DNA of 64,000 nucleotides from assembly GCF_963921235.1 (NCBI RefSeq), contig NC_086108.1, forward strand, positions 52,950,001 to 53,014,000. The letters run 5' to 3'. Position numbers and translations under genes: made by a program. The notes beneath the pieces were generated by a model that was not told the DNA's origin, ran no database searches, and saw only the letters and a program-made list of their open reading frames with translations. This document shows, in pieces, positions 48,826-62,699 of the stretch; positions within the stretch are counted from its first letter, which is position 1, and every line of letters starts with the position of its first letter. This DNA is from Mobula hypostoma. Its lineage: Eukaryota.

Positions 48826-51705
48826 CATTTGGATTACTCCTCGTGCCTTGCACTAACAAGATCAGCAATGGAAAGATAGGCCAGTTGAACTTGTGATTGA
48901 GGGACGGGCTAGGGTTTCAGGTTCTTGGGCCTTAGGATCCCGTCTAAGGTAGAGGCAACCTGTGCAAGAGTGACTGGTTATTCTTGAACCAGAGGGGGAT
49001 CAATATCCTTGCTAGTGCTATACAAGAGTGGTTAAACTAGAGTGGCAGTGGATAGGACTGTGAGTAGGAGCAAGTCATGGGATAAAGTAACAACCAGCAG
49101 TAGTAATTGGGATAACCAGGGATACAGTAAAAGCAGGGAAAGGAATACTCAGTTACACAGCATTTATTCCAATGCATGAGGCGTAACTGGTAAGGCAGAT
49201 GAACTCTGAGCATTGATTGGCTCTTGGACTAGGTTGTTATAGCCATTACAGAAGCATCTGAGAGAGGGCAGGGCTGGCAGCCCAATATTCCAGAATGCAG
49301 TTGTTTCAGACAGGTGTACAGGTAAGTAAGAAGGGAACGGTTGCTTGTTTAATAATGGAGGATGTAATGGCAGTACTTGGAGGCAACATTCGTGGATTTT
49401 CGTCCAGTAAGGCCTTATGCTGTGAGTAGAACTTGGAAAAAAGAAGGGCAAGTTTACCAAGTGACTGTATTGTAGACCCTCTTCCCATATCAACAGGAAT
49501 TTGTCCAGGTATGGAGATAAATTGCTCATGGTTGTATTAGTATTACGTTGTAACTTCCCTAGTATTGACTGGGCCTGAGTAACTCTGATGAAAGATTTCA
49601 GTTTCTGACTGCTTATTCCTCTCTATAGATAGTGCCTGACTTGCTGAGTTCCTTCAGCATTTTGTGTGGGTTACTTCAGAGTGGGTGGAATTGGTGAAAT
49701 GTGTCCAGGAACGTTTCTAGAGTTAACATGTAGGGGCCCTACCCAGGAGGGTGCAATACTGGACCATCTCTAGGGGAATGAGACAGGCAAGTAACTGAAG
49801 TCGCAGTTAGGGAGAATTTTGGCTCTAGTGATCATGATTCCATTAGTTTTAAGATAGTAATGGAAAAGGATGAGTGAAGTCCACAGATTAGTGTTCTAAA
49901 CCAGAGCAGGGATTGAGGGAATTGGACAGGATCTAGCAGAGTCTGGGTGAGTCTGCTTGAAGGGAAAGAAACAAATTGAAATGTGCAAGTTTTTAAAGTG
50001 TGATATCAGAGTCCAGGAGCAGCATGTTCCTTTAAGGGTGAAGAATAAATGTGGTAAATCTGGGAAACCTTGACTGATGAGAAAGATTGAGACTCTGGTC
50101 ACAAAAAAAAAAAGAACCACAGAGTTTAGAAGGTTGGGGAGTGAATCCCTTGACTGTATTTTTAAAATATTACACAAGAGGGCTATCTGGAGGACAAAGA
50201 GCCTATGAGATGGATCTAGAAGGTAGGTTAAGAAAAATACCAAGAGGTTCTATATTAAGAGTAAAAAAAGCAGCTCGAGAAACAGTGGGTCTCTTTATAT
50301 CAGTAAAGCCACCTATGTTTTGAACTTCAGGAGATGGGTGGGATTTTTAACAATCTTTTCCTCACTGTTTACTGAGGGGGAACGTAATTGTGGTTGCTCA
50401 AGAGATGAGGGAAACGAGTGATATTTTGCATCCTCAAACTTTATAGGAAGCCAGAGAAGGAATTATAAAGGCCTTTGCAGAGATAGTTGCTTCATTTTTA
50501 GCCACCAGTGAAGTTTCCAAAGACTGGAAAGTGGCTAATATTCTTCCATTGTAAAGAAAAGTAACTAGAATAATCCAGGGACCTTCTGGCTGGTCAGCCT
50601 GACATCAGTAGTGGGGAAGTTAGTGGTGGGAATTACAGGACAGCATCTACCAGCATTTGGATAGTCAGTCTGATTAAGAGGAAGTCTTGCTTGATGAACC
50701 TTTTATAGAGATTTTTGAAGAGGTATCCAAAAAGATAGATCAGGGCAGTGAATGTTATCTATTTGGTCTTTAGAACTTCCAGGTCCTGCACGGTAGGCTG
50801 GTCCCATGGAATCCAGAGGCAAAATTGGCTGAGGTTGGAAGCAGAGGTTGAAGGTTGTGTCTCAGAATGATGGCCGTTGGGTATAATGTTGGAACCATTG
50901 TTATTTGTTGCTAATGTAATTGATCTGGATGCAAAGTAACAAGATTTGTAAGTTTGCAGTGGCAGAATTTAAGAGGTGACGGTAAGGTTATTGTAGATTG
51001 CAGGTGGATTGTGAACAGTCAGGGCAGTGGGCTGATGTGTAGCAAGTGAATTTCAATGCAAGTACTGTTAGTATCAAGTGATGCATTTTTAGGAAAGTCA
51101 AATGAGGGTAGTATTTGTACTATGAATAGAGTGTAATGGAATAGAGGGACGGCAAAGTATAAAAGTATCACAGGTAGACATGGTAGTGAAAAGACATTTA
51201 GCACACCGGCCTGCAGCTGTCAGGGCACTAAGTATAGGTGTTAGGACATGTTGCAGTTGTACAAGTGATTGGTGAAGCTAAACTTGGAATAATGTGTTCA
51301 GTTATGCTTACCTATTACAGTATAGGAAAGATGTGGTTAAACTGGAAAGGGTGCAGAAAAAAAAACATTTACAAAATGTAGAGGGCCTGAGTTGTAGAAA
51401 GATACTGGCCAGGTTATGTACTTATTCCTTTTGATATAAGAGAGTGAGGGGTGACCTTGTGGAAATGTTTAAAATTATGGGAGGCATGGATGAGGTGGTA
51501 AGTCTTTTCTGCAGAGTAGGAGTCCCACCCTTGGAGTGGGGTCTAAATTTAGGGTGGGAGGGGAAAGATTGATAAGGGACTTAAGGGGCAACTTCATGCA
51601 GAGACTGGCCATTATTTGGAGTGAGTTGCCAGAGAAAGTGGTTGAGACATGTACAATAATATCATTTAAAAGCATTAAATTGGTACATGGAGGAGAGTGT
51701 TAAAA

Positions 51706-53667
51706 CAGGGGTCCCCAACCTTTTTTGCACTGCAGACCGGCCGACCGGTGGGGGTGGGGGGTGATGGTAATCACGACCGGAATGTAGGTGTTAAGTCAAC
51801 TATAAGTCACTTATCAGTGGCTAATACACGCAATTTTGTTTCTAAAAAGGTTTATCTAACGAATTTAATATTAAACACAGCGCATATTTTCCTCGCATGA
51901 ATATAGTGATAAGTCAATTATAAGTCATAGGGAAGTTCCTTAAGTCCAGTCTATTCCGCAATTTAGTTTTCGTTGCATTCATTGCAGAAAACTCCGCTTC
52001 ACAGAGATATGATGTTGGAATTGGAAGGAACGTTTTCAGTGCTTTCGTGGCTATCTCTGGATATTCAGCCTTGACTTTGATCCAGAATGCTAGCAGAGAT
52101 GGTATGTCAAACATACTTTTCAGCCCACCATCATTTGCAAGCTCGAGGAGTTGATCTTCTTCCCGCACTGACATTGATGATTCACCGGGGACATTCACAA
52201 ATGGGTCACGGACCTATTCCTTTGCATGTCTTGGGTTATTTGCGGTTGGGAAGTAACGCTCGAATTCTGTCGACAGCGAAGATAGGTGATCGCGCATCAG
52301 CTGTGAGAAGGACAGTGCAGCCTCAGTCTCTCCCAAAATCCCAGCTAATGTTGGGAACATGTCAAATATGCCCCTGTCCTCTCGCCATCTCTGCAGTTCC
52401 AGTTTGGCTTTGAAAGCAGACGCTTTATCTGCCAACTTGAAGACAGTTGTCATTCTCCCCTGAAGTGACAAATTGAGTTCATTGAGCAGGTTGAAGATGT
52501 CACACAGATAAGCGAGTTTTGCTATCCACTCCTCGTCACTGAAGTGTGCTGCCAGTGGTGACTTTTTTCCTGAAAGAAGTCTCTGTAGTTGCACTTTCAA
52601 CTCAAAAACCCTGGCCAGGGCTCTGCCCCTTGATAGCCACCTGACTTCAGTGTGTAAGAGAAGGCGTTTGTGCTCTGCATCCATTTCCTCGCAAAGCTGC
52701 TCAAACAGATGTGAGTTAAGGGCTTTTGCTTTGATGTGATTGATAACTTCAATAATGTCACTCAATACGCTGTTAAGATCAGGTGCCATTTTTCGGCTAG
52801 CCAGCATTTCCCTGTGTATGACACAGTGTGTAGACTGGCATTCAGGAACAACCTCTTTGACTTGGGTAGTGAAACCAGACTCGTTAAGCCGTTCCAACAG
52901 CTGTGCTTCGATGTCCTCCACAATGTCATCAATTCTCCTTGACACTGTGGTAGCTGAAAGAGAAACCTGTGCCATCTTGTTAGCTGCAGCTTCTCCCAAC
53001 AGTTCACGGCACATGTCCTTGGCAGCAGGCAGAATCAATTCTTCACCAACAGTGAAAGGCTTCTTAGCCTTAGCAATACGACTAGCCACTAAGTACGACG
53101 CTCTCAGAGCAGCAGCATTTGTGGAGGTGGTGGCTCTCAGAACTTGCTTCTGTCCGCTTGCTCACGTTTTTTTTCTGCTCAAAAAACCCAACGGGTTTGT
53201 CTTTAAGTTCAGGGTGCTTGAACTCAAGGTGCCGAAGCAGTTTTGAGGGCCTCATTGCCTCATTAGACAGCTTGTCTCCACATATCACACACAGGGGGCT
53301 TGGAGCGTGCGAGTCACCGGTCACAATAAAGCCATATTTTATGTACGACTCGTCATATTTTCTGTTGAAGGAAGCTTTCGATTTTTTTGCAGACTCGGCC
53401 TCAGCTGTCTCTGCGTTATCATCATCGTTAGGCCTTTTATGTCCCCTACCATCTCTTCTAAAGAAACTCTCAAGCGACGCTTGTTTTTTACTCATCGAGT
53501 AGTTGTAGGTTAATGACCGACTGATGTCCTCGCGTGGGTAATGATCTCGCGTGCGTTCAAGTTCAACAATGGGCGTGACAGGGAATGAGGAAAGGTGCAG
53601 TTGACTCATGTCGTTTCCTTGCTGCCCGGTAGCACATGCTTTGCGGCCCGGTGGTTGGGGACCACTG
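51706..53667 (-). mobile_element. hAT/Buster (Charlie-like) DNA transposon, internally deleted
   Basis: TIRs caggggtccccaacc / ggttggggaccactg; 8-bp TSD tgttaaaa / tgttagaa with central TA. Confidence 0.95.
51914..53495 (-). pseudogene. Buster-type transposase remnant (BED finger, CxxH, RW motif, dimerisation domain)
   Basis: MSKKQASLESFF..PLCVICGDKLSNEAMRPSKLLRHL; HCVIHRE; TEVRWLSRG; YLCEAEFS; frameshift near 53170, stop at 52214, deletion near 52878. Confidence 0.9.
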
Positions 53668-53759
53668 TGTTAGAAGGAATAAGGGTGGATGCAGGAAAGG
53701 AGAATAGCTGGGTGGGTATCATGGTTGACATGGATTGTTGTATTGCTTTGACTCTGGGA

Positions 53760-54162
53760 TTTCAATAGGAGTTTGTTATTCCACTAAAACCATGCAAATT
53801 TCTATAGTTGTACAGTGGAGAACATTCTGACTACTTGCATCACAGCCTGGTATGGAAGCTCCTGGACCGCAAGAGGCTGCAGAAGGTTGTCCTCATTAAG
53901 AATCTTCACCATTCAGGATGTGTTCTCTTTTCATTACTACCACTGGGTAGGAGATGCTGGAAGACCATAAAAGCTCCATTCAACAATTTAGGAATAACTT
54001 CTGCACTGCCTTCAGCTTTCTGAATGGTCTATGGACAATTCCTCATTATTTTTGCATTATTTATTTTCTAATTTATAGTCATTTGTGTCTTGGCACTTTA
54101 CTGCTACCACAGAAAAAATTTCACAGGTTTGCAAGTCAGTGATAGTAAACCTGATTCTGATT
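53760..54162 (+). mobile_element. Rex1-type 3' fragment, decayed
   Basis: RKRLQKVV..HHSGCVLFSLLPLGRR; tail aaacctgattctgattc. Confidence 0.65.
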
Positions 54163-56849
54163 CTTCAGAACAAGTAGGGTGATTGATGTATAAACATCTG
54201 ACAAATTGTTATTCATTCATGTGTTTGTCACTCAACCTACTGATGAGGAGAATAATGTGTTTGCTTTATTGACATGTATTTCACAACTCACTGTACAGCT
54301 GCTCAGCCATGCTGTTAGACCAGCTCTTGAACAGAAATTAATCCGGAAGCTAATCTCTTGGTTGAGGTACCAATGAACGGAAGAAGATTGCACTGAACGA
54401 AAGCCTCAGGAAGTCAGTGTGCTTCAGTCTTGTTTAATTAACTTGCACCTCTATTTAGAGGTGGTTTCAACAATGTTATGCAACAGGAATGCTAACAGCA
54501 TAATCTGACTCACATGCCTTAATTTTAGCAGAAGACTTTTGAAAATGCTGATTAAAATTGAGACTAATCTTGCTATGATCAAGATATGAAGGGAAGACCA
54601 AAAAATATCCAATTTCAGTGAACCATTTTTGTATGGAGGTATCATTAACAGTTATTTCTCATGAAGTGCAATATGAATTGAACCCCTGTAGGCAGGGATC
54701 TTCAATAATGGAGTATAATGCTTTAGGAGTGAAGTGTTTCCTAACTGTGTTTGCTTATATTGAGCTCTGGAGTGATAAATACACAGCCATAACAATACCT
54801 TCATAACAAAGTCTGTGCAATGATTACCCACATCAGATTTTCTATTAAATCTTGATTGACAAGTCTCAAACATTTGGAATGTACTTCAGATTAGAATTAA
54901 GAAAATGCATGTACTACTATGGGACACTCTAAAATCTCCTTTTTCATTCTACTTTACTTTCATGAAATCCCAGATGCTTGCATAATTGAAATAAACAATA
55001 ATTCTAAAGGAAACTTACATTTGTAATTATTGAATACTGTAATGTTCTCTGTGTGTGCCTTCCAGATAGCCCTGCTAGGTAAGCTGCCATGGCCTACATG
55101 TGACTACTGGCTGCAGGTGGAAGATTCCTTTTATTTAGTTGGGTAAAGTGCAGGTATGTGATGAATGACTATGATGAACTGTTCAGAAAGGGACAGCTGA
55201 TGTTTGTGTCTTTGCGTAAAAGGCTGTAATGCATAGGGTAAACATTGCCTACAAGCTCGATGGAAGGAGAAGAACCATTGAGATCCTGAGACAGGGGAGC
55301 AGCTTTGCATTCTAAAATCCTTATGGCACCCTTGGTGACCATGAGCAGCTTGCGGACAACAGCTTCCAAGATCTCCAGACCATGTCAACACTGACCTATT
55401 TCTTCAAGACAGCAGTCCACTTCTTGAAACTTGTTGCATTAACTGGCCTGGCTAACAGAATGTTCCAGGTCATGAGCTTCCCATTGCTGCGTGACGAAGT
55501 TTGCTCTTGAGTGGCAGCATCATTCTCTATGTTATCTCTCTGGTCCTGATGGAGAGCAAACGATTGCTGGTTGTCAGTATTGCCACCTCTCCAGCAGCCT
55601 TCCCTTGGGTAACAGCAAGCAAAGCTGACTCTAATGCCCTGAAACTCCAGAGCCATGTAGCCAGAGGATGGTGTCAACCTGTATTTCTATGGAATTAACA
55701 GACAGTTTTGAAATGTGCAGCTATCATCTGACTGGTACAAAATTATGCTTCCTTTCCTCAATGGAAACAATGTGCTCCTACACAAGAGTGAACATGGACT
55801 TTTCAAAGCTTCCTGATACCCTTGATATCTCTTGCATTCTATCAGGTAGGTTAGGTAATGCACCACACATTTGGGTACGTGGCTGCATCAGCATTCCCAT
55901 GTATCCTCCTGTACTTTCTGTATTCAAATTCTTCAGCAAATTGGCACATCATTGTTCTTTAACTGCTGGTCTGATTGTAGTCTGGCAATATCAGGTGTTT
56001 ATCATGTAAAATGTTATAGCTAAAAAAAGAATGTCCTTCTTTACCTGTTCAAGTTAGAATTTCCATCTGGTGTATTTTTTAGTTAATCTAAATGAGTATC
56101 ATCAGCATATAGAATGTGCTCTTGGTGCCTGAAAACAAACAAAACACATGAACTTTAAAAAAAAATAACTTTGAAGACAAAATGAGTATAAACTGGAATT
56201 TCTTGATTTCTTTTTCAAAGAAACAGACATATGTAGCAAAGGAATAGATTTATTATTTGGATTTTAAAATTGGTTCTGAAAGAAGCATCATTAAATCATT
56301 GAGGGGGCCTGCTAATTTATTTATAACCTGTGCATTTAAGGGGTTTGAAATCTGGTAGTGAGAATTTTTTTAGAACTGAAGCTTAAATGTAATTGTAGTT
56401 GTGTCAATTCTATCACACTACAGACATAAAACTTGCAAAAGAAGAGGCTGTCCATTTCTCTCCATAGATGCTTCTGACCTGTTGTTCTCCAGCACTTTTC
56501 CCTGTTGCTTCGGATTCCAGCAACTGCAGTCTTTGTGTCTTCATTTTGGGTTCTGGGGTGTTTCATGTCTAATCACATGTCCTGATCTGTAAGTGAACGC
56601 CAACACGCAGGTGAAAGTACCAGCTTTCAAGATCAAGACATCCTCATTTGGGGGTTGGCAAATCTGAGATGAATGGAAACCAAAATGAAAACACTCTAAT
56701 AGAGTGAGTCGTATCTCAGCCCAAAGCCACGCTGCACAAGTTCATAAAGGAACCATCCTCCTTGCAACCGTTTTCAATGAAAATGGCTGCATTAACAGAG
56801 CAACTGAAAATGATTCCAAGGAGAATTAACTTTAACTCCATCCTAAATT

Positions 56850-57620
56850 CAGCTGGTGCTTCCACAATATTCATTTCCATGAACAACTTCAAGGAAGCAT
56901 CACATCACATCAGGACCTGGGTTGCAAGCAGCAGATAACATGATTATAATGTAAGTGGGCATCCAAAACTAAATCACTTCCCCGATCATAGACAATATTG
57001 ATAGCTGAATCCCTAGCATTAACATACGAGGGTCACCAGCCACCAGATATTTAACTGGACTAATTATATCAACACTAAAGGTGCAGAAAGCGGGGTAAAG
57101 GTTGTGCTCTTTGTGTTGGGTGACTTCTGTCTCACAGCCTCTTCATCTTCAAGCTTCATATGAGGAGGGTGCTGAAATTGATGCAGGGACAGTAACACTC
57201 AGTTAGCTTGAAATTATTCAGTGCTGAGTTGTTCATTTAATTAGTCCCTCTCCCCCCCCCCACACACATACAGTGAACTCAGTATCCATGACTGATGCAC
57301 AGTTGTTGAAGAAGATATGATCTGCAGAATTTACTGCAACAATTCACTAGGTTACTTAAAGAGCACTTCACTTCAACTCCTGCCACTAAAGAGGATAAGA
57401 GCAGATGTTTTAAAAGCATTAATCTTCCAAAGTACTGTTATGTTACACACCATATTGACTTAAGCATCCATTATTTCTGATTCTCTCTGAGTGTATCAAA
57501 ATCCTGGAACTCCCTAAACTCCCTATCTCATACTATTATGAAAGCACACCAAAGAGTGCACAGTTTTAAGTAGAAGCACTAATACTACCTACTCAGGTAA
57601 CCAGGAGAAGCAATAATAGT
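56850..57620 (+). mobile_element. Ancient LINE (L2/CR1 group) 3' remnant
   Basis: Faint RT C-terminal similarity (atagctgaatccc...aactggac, atcctggaactcccta); by eye only. Confidence 0.35.
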
Positions 57621-58574
57621 CACCCACTAGCCAAGAACTGAACAAGACTGATTATTCAGTATTATGCTGTTTGTTTCAAACACCTCATCAAAACTAACGG
57701 TTTTTATTTCTGCTTTCCTCCCTTAGGAGTTTGCTTGAAGTCAGGAATTTCTATTTGGGCTTGAAACATGGAGTACACACCCTACCTGGGAGAGCTTTGG
57801 TCCTCAGATTCTTTTTATGGCATTGAAGCCAAACACATCTGCATAGGGAAATCATGATTTTAAAAATAATTTCCAAATGTTTGTCTGAAACAGCCAATGA
57901 TGTCTTGATTTACACATGTAAGTAAACCAAGTGGAGGATATTAGATTCACCTGCATCACACCCACCCCAGATCTGAATTTGTGTATCTGGGTATACAGAG
58001 CAGGATCTTGACAATGCCATCTTAATGTTCTTTATCTAAAAACCTTAAAAATTGCAAATCATATCCAGCCCGGATCCAGGTATTTCAGATTTTAAAAAAA
58101 TTATCTGTGCTATGATAAATGTTCAAAACAATAAAAATGAACTGAATGCAACAGACATGTAATCTAAATTGCATCTTGACCAGCTCAGATATTGTGGGGC
58201 AAAGAGCCTAGGCCGAAGTTGTTACTGTTGCTCCAGGTTCTGTGCGGTATTTAGCACAGGTAAAACTTCACATACGGAAATGGCATGTAGTGCAATCTGA
58301 ACCATTTGTTGGGCCACTATTGTCACACACAAGTTCCTATAAAGTAATTGGGGATGTCAAAACACAATAGCAGACCAGCTCTCAGCAATGACAGGACTAT
58401 GGCAAGGCTTGCCTGCTGTCAACAATACATCCCTCCTTAATGAGTTCAGTACATACTAAGCATACTTTGAAGGGAAGGGCAAAGAAACGTCACCACCCAG
58501 TATGGCAGATTCTGATCCATGGCTGTTGCAGACATCAAATCAGCCTTCATGACAGTGAACCTGTGGAAAACACT

Positions 58575-60030
58575 TTAATCAAATTAACTGTATTGACTTT
58601 ATTACTTACTTCCTTCATATACATGAATAACAATCTTTACATTACATCTCCATTCAAATGTGCAATTACAGTAATTTATAAATATAATGTACAACTGGAT
58701 AGTCAATATAGCATAGAAATATGTTTGCATCAGCATGAATCAATTAGTCTGATGGCCTGGTGGAAGAAGCTGTCCTGGAGCCTGTTGGTCCCGGCTATTA
58801 TGCTGTGGTACTGTTTCCCGGATGGTAGCAGCTGGAACAGTTTGTGGTTGGGGTGACTCAGGTCTCCAAATGATCCTTTGGACCCTTTTTACATATCTGT
58901 CTTTGTACATGACCTCAATAGTGGGAAATTCACATCTACAGATGTGCTGGGCTGTCCGCACCACTCTCTGCAGAATCCTGCTATTGAGAGAGGTACAGTT
59001 CCCATACCAGGCAGTGATGCAGCCAGTCAGGATGTTCTCAATCATGCCCCTATAGAAAGTTCTTAGAATTTGGGGGTGGGGGTGGGGGTGGCCATACCAA
59101 ACTACTTCAACCGTCTGAGGTGAAAGAGGTGCTGTTGTGCCTTTTTCACCACACAGTCGGTATGTACAGACCATATGAGATCCTCGGTGATGTTTCTGCC
59201 GAGGAACTTAAAGCTGTTCACCCTCTCAACCCCAGATCCATTGATGTCTATAGGGGTTAGACTGTCTCCACTCCTCCAGTAGTTCACAACCAGCTCCATT
59301 GTTTATGTGACATTGAGGGAGAGGTTGTTTTCTTGACACTATTGTGTCAGGGTGATGACTTCCTCTCTGTAGGTTGCCTCATTATTATTTGAGATTAGGC
59401 CAATCAATGTAGTGATGTAGCAAATTAAATTAGCAGATTGGAGCTGTGGGTGGTGACACAGTCATGGATATACAGAGAGTAAAGGAGGGGGCTTAGGACA
59501 CAGCCCTGAGGGGCACCTGTGTTGAGGGTCAGAGGGGCAGAGGTGAGGGAGCCCACTCTTACCACCTGCTGGCGACCTGACAGTAAGTCCGGGATCCAGC
59601 TACACAAGGCAGGGTGAAGGCAGTTGTCTCTGAGCTTCTTGTCAAGCCTGGAGGGTATTATGGTGTTGAACTGTAGTCCAAGAACAGCATTCTCACATAA
59701 GCATCCCTCTTCTCCAGATGTGTAAGGACGTTGTGTAGAGCTGTGGTTATTGTGTCATCTGTCGATCGGTTGTGTTGGTAGGCAAATTGTAGTGTGGGTG
59801 GCAGCATGCCGCAGATGTAGTCCTTGACCAGCCTCTAAAAGCATTTGCTTATTATTGAGGTGAGTGCAACAGGAAGCCAGTCGTTCAGACATGTTACCTT
59901 GGTCTTTTTAGGTACAGGGACAATGGTGGATGTTTTGAAGCAGGAAGGCACACTTCACTGGGAGAGGGAAGAGATTAAAAATGTCTGTAAACACACCTGC
60001 CAGTTGTGCTGTGCACATGCCCAGTCATGT
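58575..60030 (-). mobile_element. Rex1/Babar LINE, 5'-truncated
   Basis: ORFs 59425-59607 ([17 protein letters not shown]), 59102-59299 and 58740-59174. Confidence 0.9.
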
Positions 60031-60039
60031 GTTCAGTTC

Positions 60040-62180
60040 CCACATGGATTGGTGGCAGAAGTATTTGCAGATATTTTAACCTCTCCTGATTCCAGAAGGA
60101 GGTTTCCATCTACTTTAAGAAGACTGTTGTCATCTTGGTGTCATTAGTGACTCCCTCCTGGTGTTCTGACATATACCATCATGAAGTACTTTGAGACGTT
60201 GGTAATGGCATGCATTAACTTCGCCCTTCCAGACAACCTCAATCCACTACAATTCACCTACTGCTAAAACAGGTCTATGACACAACACTATCTCCCTGGG
60301 CCTACTCTCATCCCTGGCAAAACTGGTTAACAAAAGCACCTGCATCATTCTCCAATGTATTGAATATAGCTCCACCTTCAATGCCATAATTTGAAACAGA
60401 CTCATCTCCAAATTCTCAAACTGAGGACTCAGCATTAGCTTCCGTAGCTCTATCCTTGATTTCCTGACCAACAGATTACAATCTGTAAGGATAGGCAACA
60501 AGACCTTCACCGTGATTATCTTCTGCACTGATATCCCGCGAGGATGCATCCTTAGCCCTTTCTTATCTCCCTTTTCGTGAATGACTGTGTGACAGGATTC
60601 AGCTCCAATCCCATTTACAAGTTTGCAGATAACACCACAGTAGTGGGTTGGATCATAAACAATGACGAGACAGAGTACAAGAAAGGGATAGAGAGTCTAG
60701 CGGCATGGTGCCAGTACAGAAGATCAATGTCAACAAACCAAAAGAGCTGGTCATTGACTGCATACAGCAGTGCAGAATATACTGGCTTGTAGGTATCAGT
60801 GGTGTTGAGCTGGAGATAGCTGGGAACTTCCAGCCGCTGGGAATAAATATCACCAAGAGATTGTCCTGGTCCAAGAACATAGACAACTATAGCCAAGAAA
60901 CCACATCAGCATTTATACTTCACAGAAGGCTAAGAAGTTCATCATGTCTCTGTTGAGCCTCACTAGTTGTTATAGAAAGCATCCTATCCGGAGGCTTCAC
61001 AGATTAGTATGGCAACTGCTCTGCTTGTTACTGCAAGAGATTGCTGAGAGTTGTGGACACAACCCAGTCTATCACAAAAATCCTCCCCTTCATTGTACGT
61101 ACTTCCCATTACCTTGGAAAAGCAGCCAACACAATCAAAAACTGCTCCTACACCAGTTATTCTCTTCCCCCAACTCTCATCGGGCAGAAGATACAAAAAC
61201 TTGAAAGTTTACACCAGCAGGCTCAAGGACAGCTTCTATCCCACTCTTATAGGACTCTTTTAAACCTCTTGTATGATAAAGATGAACTTTTGATCTCTTA
61301 TCTTCCTCGTTGTTGCCCTGCACCTTATTTGTTTACCTGCACTGCATGTTCTCTGTAAATGTAAGTCTAACATAATGTTCTATATTCGAGGAGGAGAAGA
61401 TGGTGGTGTGACACAGCGCGCAGCGGCCACTCCGGTGAATGATATCTGTAATCTGTCAAGTAGGGTGCCGTGCACAATACTGATTTGATGGAGACAGGTG
61501 TGAGGGAATTGAGGAATATCTGGAGAAACTTCTGAAATGCCTTTTTGCTGCCGCTGCTACTATGTGATCCAGAATCTCCGGAGGAGAAGGCCCCAAGTCC
61601 TTGGCTTTGCTTGTTGCTCGGCAGCCGGGGTGGGTCAAAGCACTTGGCAGAGATGGTGCTCGGTGTCGGAGGGCTGGTCAGACGCTCGAAGTTTTCGGAC
61701 GGACTCAGAGTCGGCTGTGGTCGGGTGCTTCCAACGCTTTGGCAGTTGTCGGCGCCTGGAGGTTTATGGCAGGGAGAGTTTTTCCCTTCTGCCGCCTGCT
61801 ATCAGGGACTATCGGGAGTCGATCGGAACTTTAAGACTTTTTTTTTACAGTGCCCATGGTCTGCTCGTTATCAAATTATGGTATTGCTTTGCACTGCTGT
61901 AACTATATGTTATAATTATGTGGTCTTGTCAGTGTTAGTCTTTGGTTTGTCCTGGGTTTTTTTTGTGATATCACTCTGGAGAAACATTGTATCATTTCTT
62001 AATGCATACATTTCTAAATGACAATAAATGAGGACTGAGTGTCCTCATAATCTAATATTCTATTATTGCTTTTCCTTTTGTGCTACCTTGATATACATAC
62101 TGTATATTTAGGCTGATCTGTATGGCTGACATGCAAAACAAAATTCTTAGCTCTGTCTCAATATGCGTGACAATAATTCA
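60040..62180 (+). mobile_element. Older Rex1/Babar LINE, split by insertion 61388-62051
   Basis: IYKFADNTTVVG (ORF 60577); SSGRRYKNLKVYTSRLKDSFYP (ORF 61051); 3' UTR resumes after ~62052. Confidence 0.8.
61388..62051 (+). mobile_element. Young non-autonomous retroposon (~660 bp)
   Basis: CpG-rich 5' end gaggaggagaagatgg, aataaa near 62023, possible TSD atattc; interrupts the Rex1 3' UTR. Confidence 0.6.
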
Positions 62181-62699
62181 ATTATCATATAGTTGATTGG
62201 CCATTAGCTTCAAATCTAGATCTACTCCATACAGTCACTGACCACCCTAAAGACTACCATAAGCTTTGATCTTCTGAGGCAGATTTCCAAATTGAGATGT
62301 CTCTAGCTACTTGTGCTGTAGAGGTTTGACAGGCTGGTGAGTGGAAATGGAATTTGCCAAAATGAATTTAATTACAAAAAATATTCCCTTTTATGTCATA
62401 GAAATCAGGCTTATTCAATGTTTTGAGGATGGGACAAAGGGGAACCAACAAATACAATGCATTTCCAAAAGGTATTCTGCATGTACCACATAATAGCTTT
62501 TGTGCAAATTCAGGAAAGAAGTGTTTGAATGAGAAAACAAGCAGTGGGGAAAGAATAATTGTTGTCAAATTTCAGGCAATCCAGTAGTACAGTCTAAATC
62601 AATCTGACACTGTCTCCTCTATCTTGTTCATGTGTTACATAGAGCCTTTTGATCAATCTATGGGAAAAGATGGTGGAAGATCCCAGGAAAGTGCTATGG

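Larger units (their letters stand above)
48860..53750 (+). mobile_element. Old CR1 (ORF1 esterase end through 3' UTR), interrupted by hAT at 51706-53667 and a pLTR scrap near 49580-49675
   Basis: ORF1-end remnant gactggttattcttgaaccagaggggg...gttaaactag; decayed endonuclease and RT motifs; 3' UTR resumes after 53668. Confidence 0.75.

Noticed and set aside
51914..53609. ZBED5/ZBED8/SCAND3-like host gene
   Set aside because: Has TIRs and a TSD, a frameshift, a stop and a core deletion, so it is a transposon copy.
55066..55078. 13-nt micro-exon (ttccag|atagccctgctag|gtaagc)
   Set aside because: Plausible splice signals, but too short and not frame-preserving; can arise by chance without transcript data.
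61537..62021. Overlapping 121-aa and 158-aa ORFs
   Set aside because: No recognisable domain; expected by chance in a GC-rich non-autonomous repeat.
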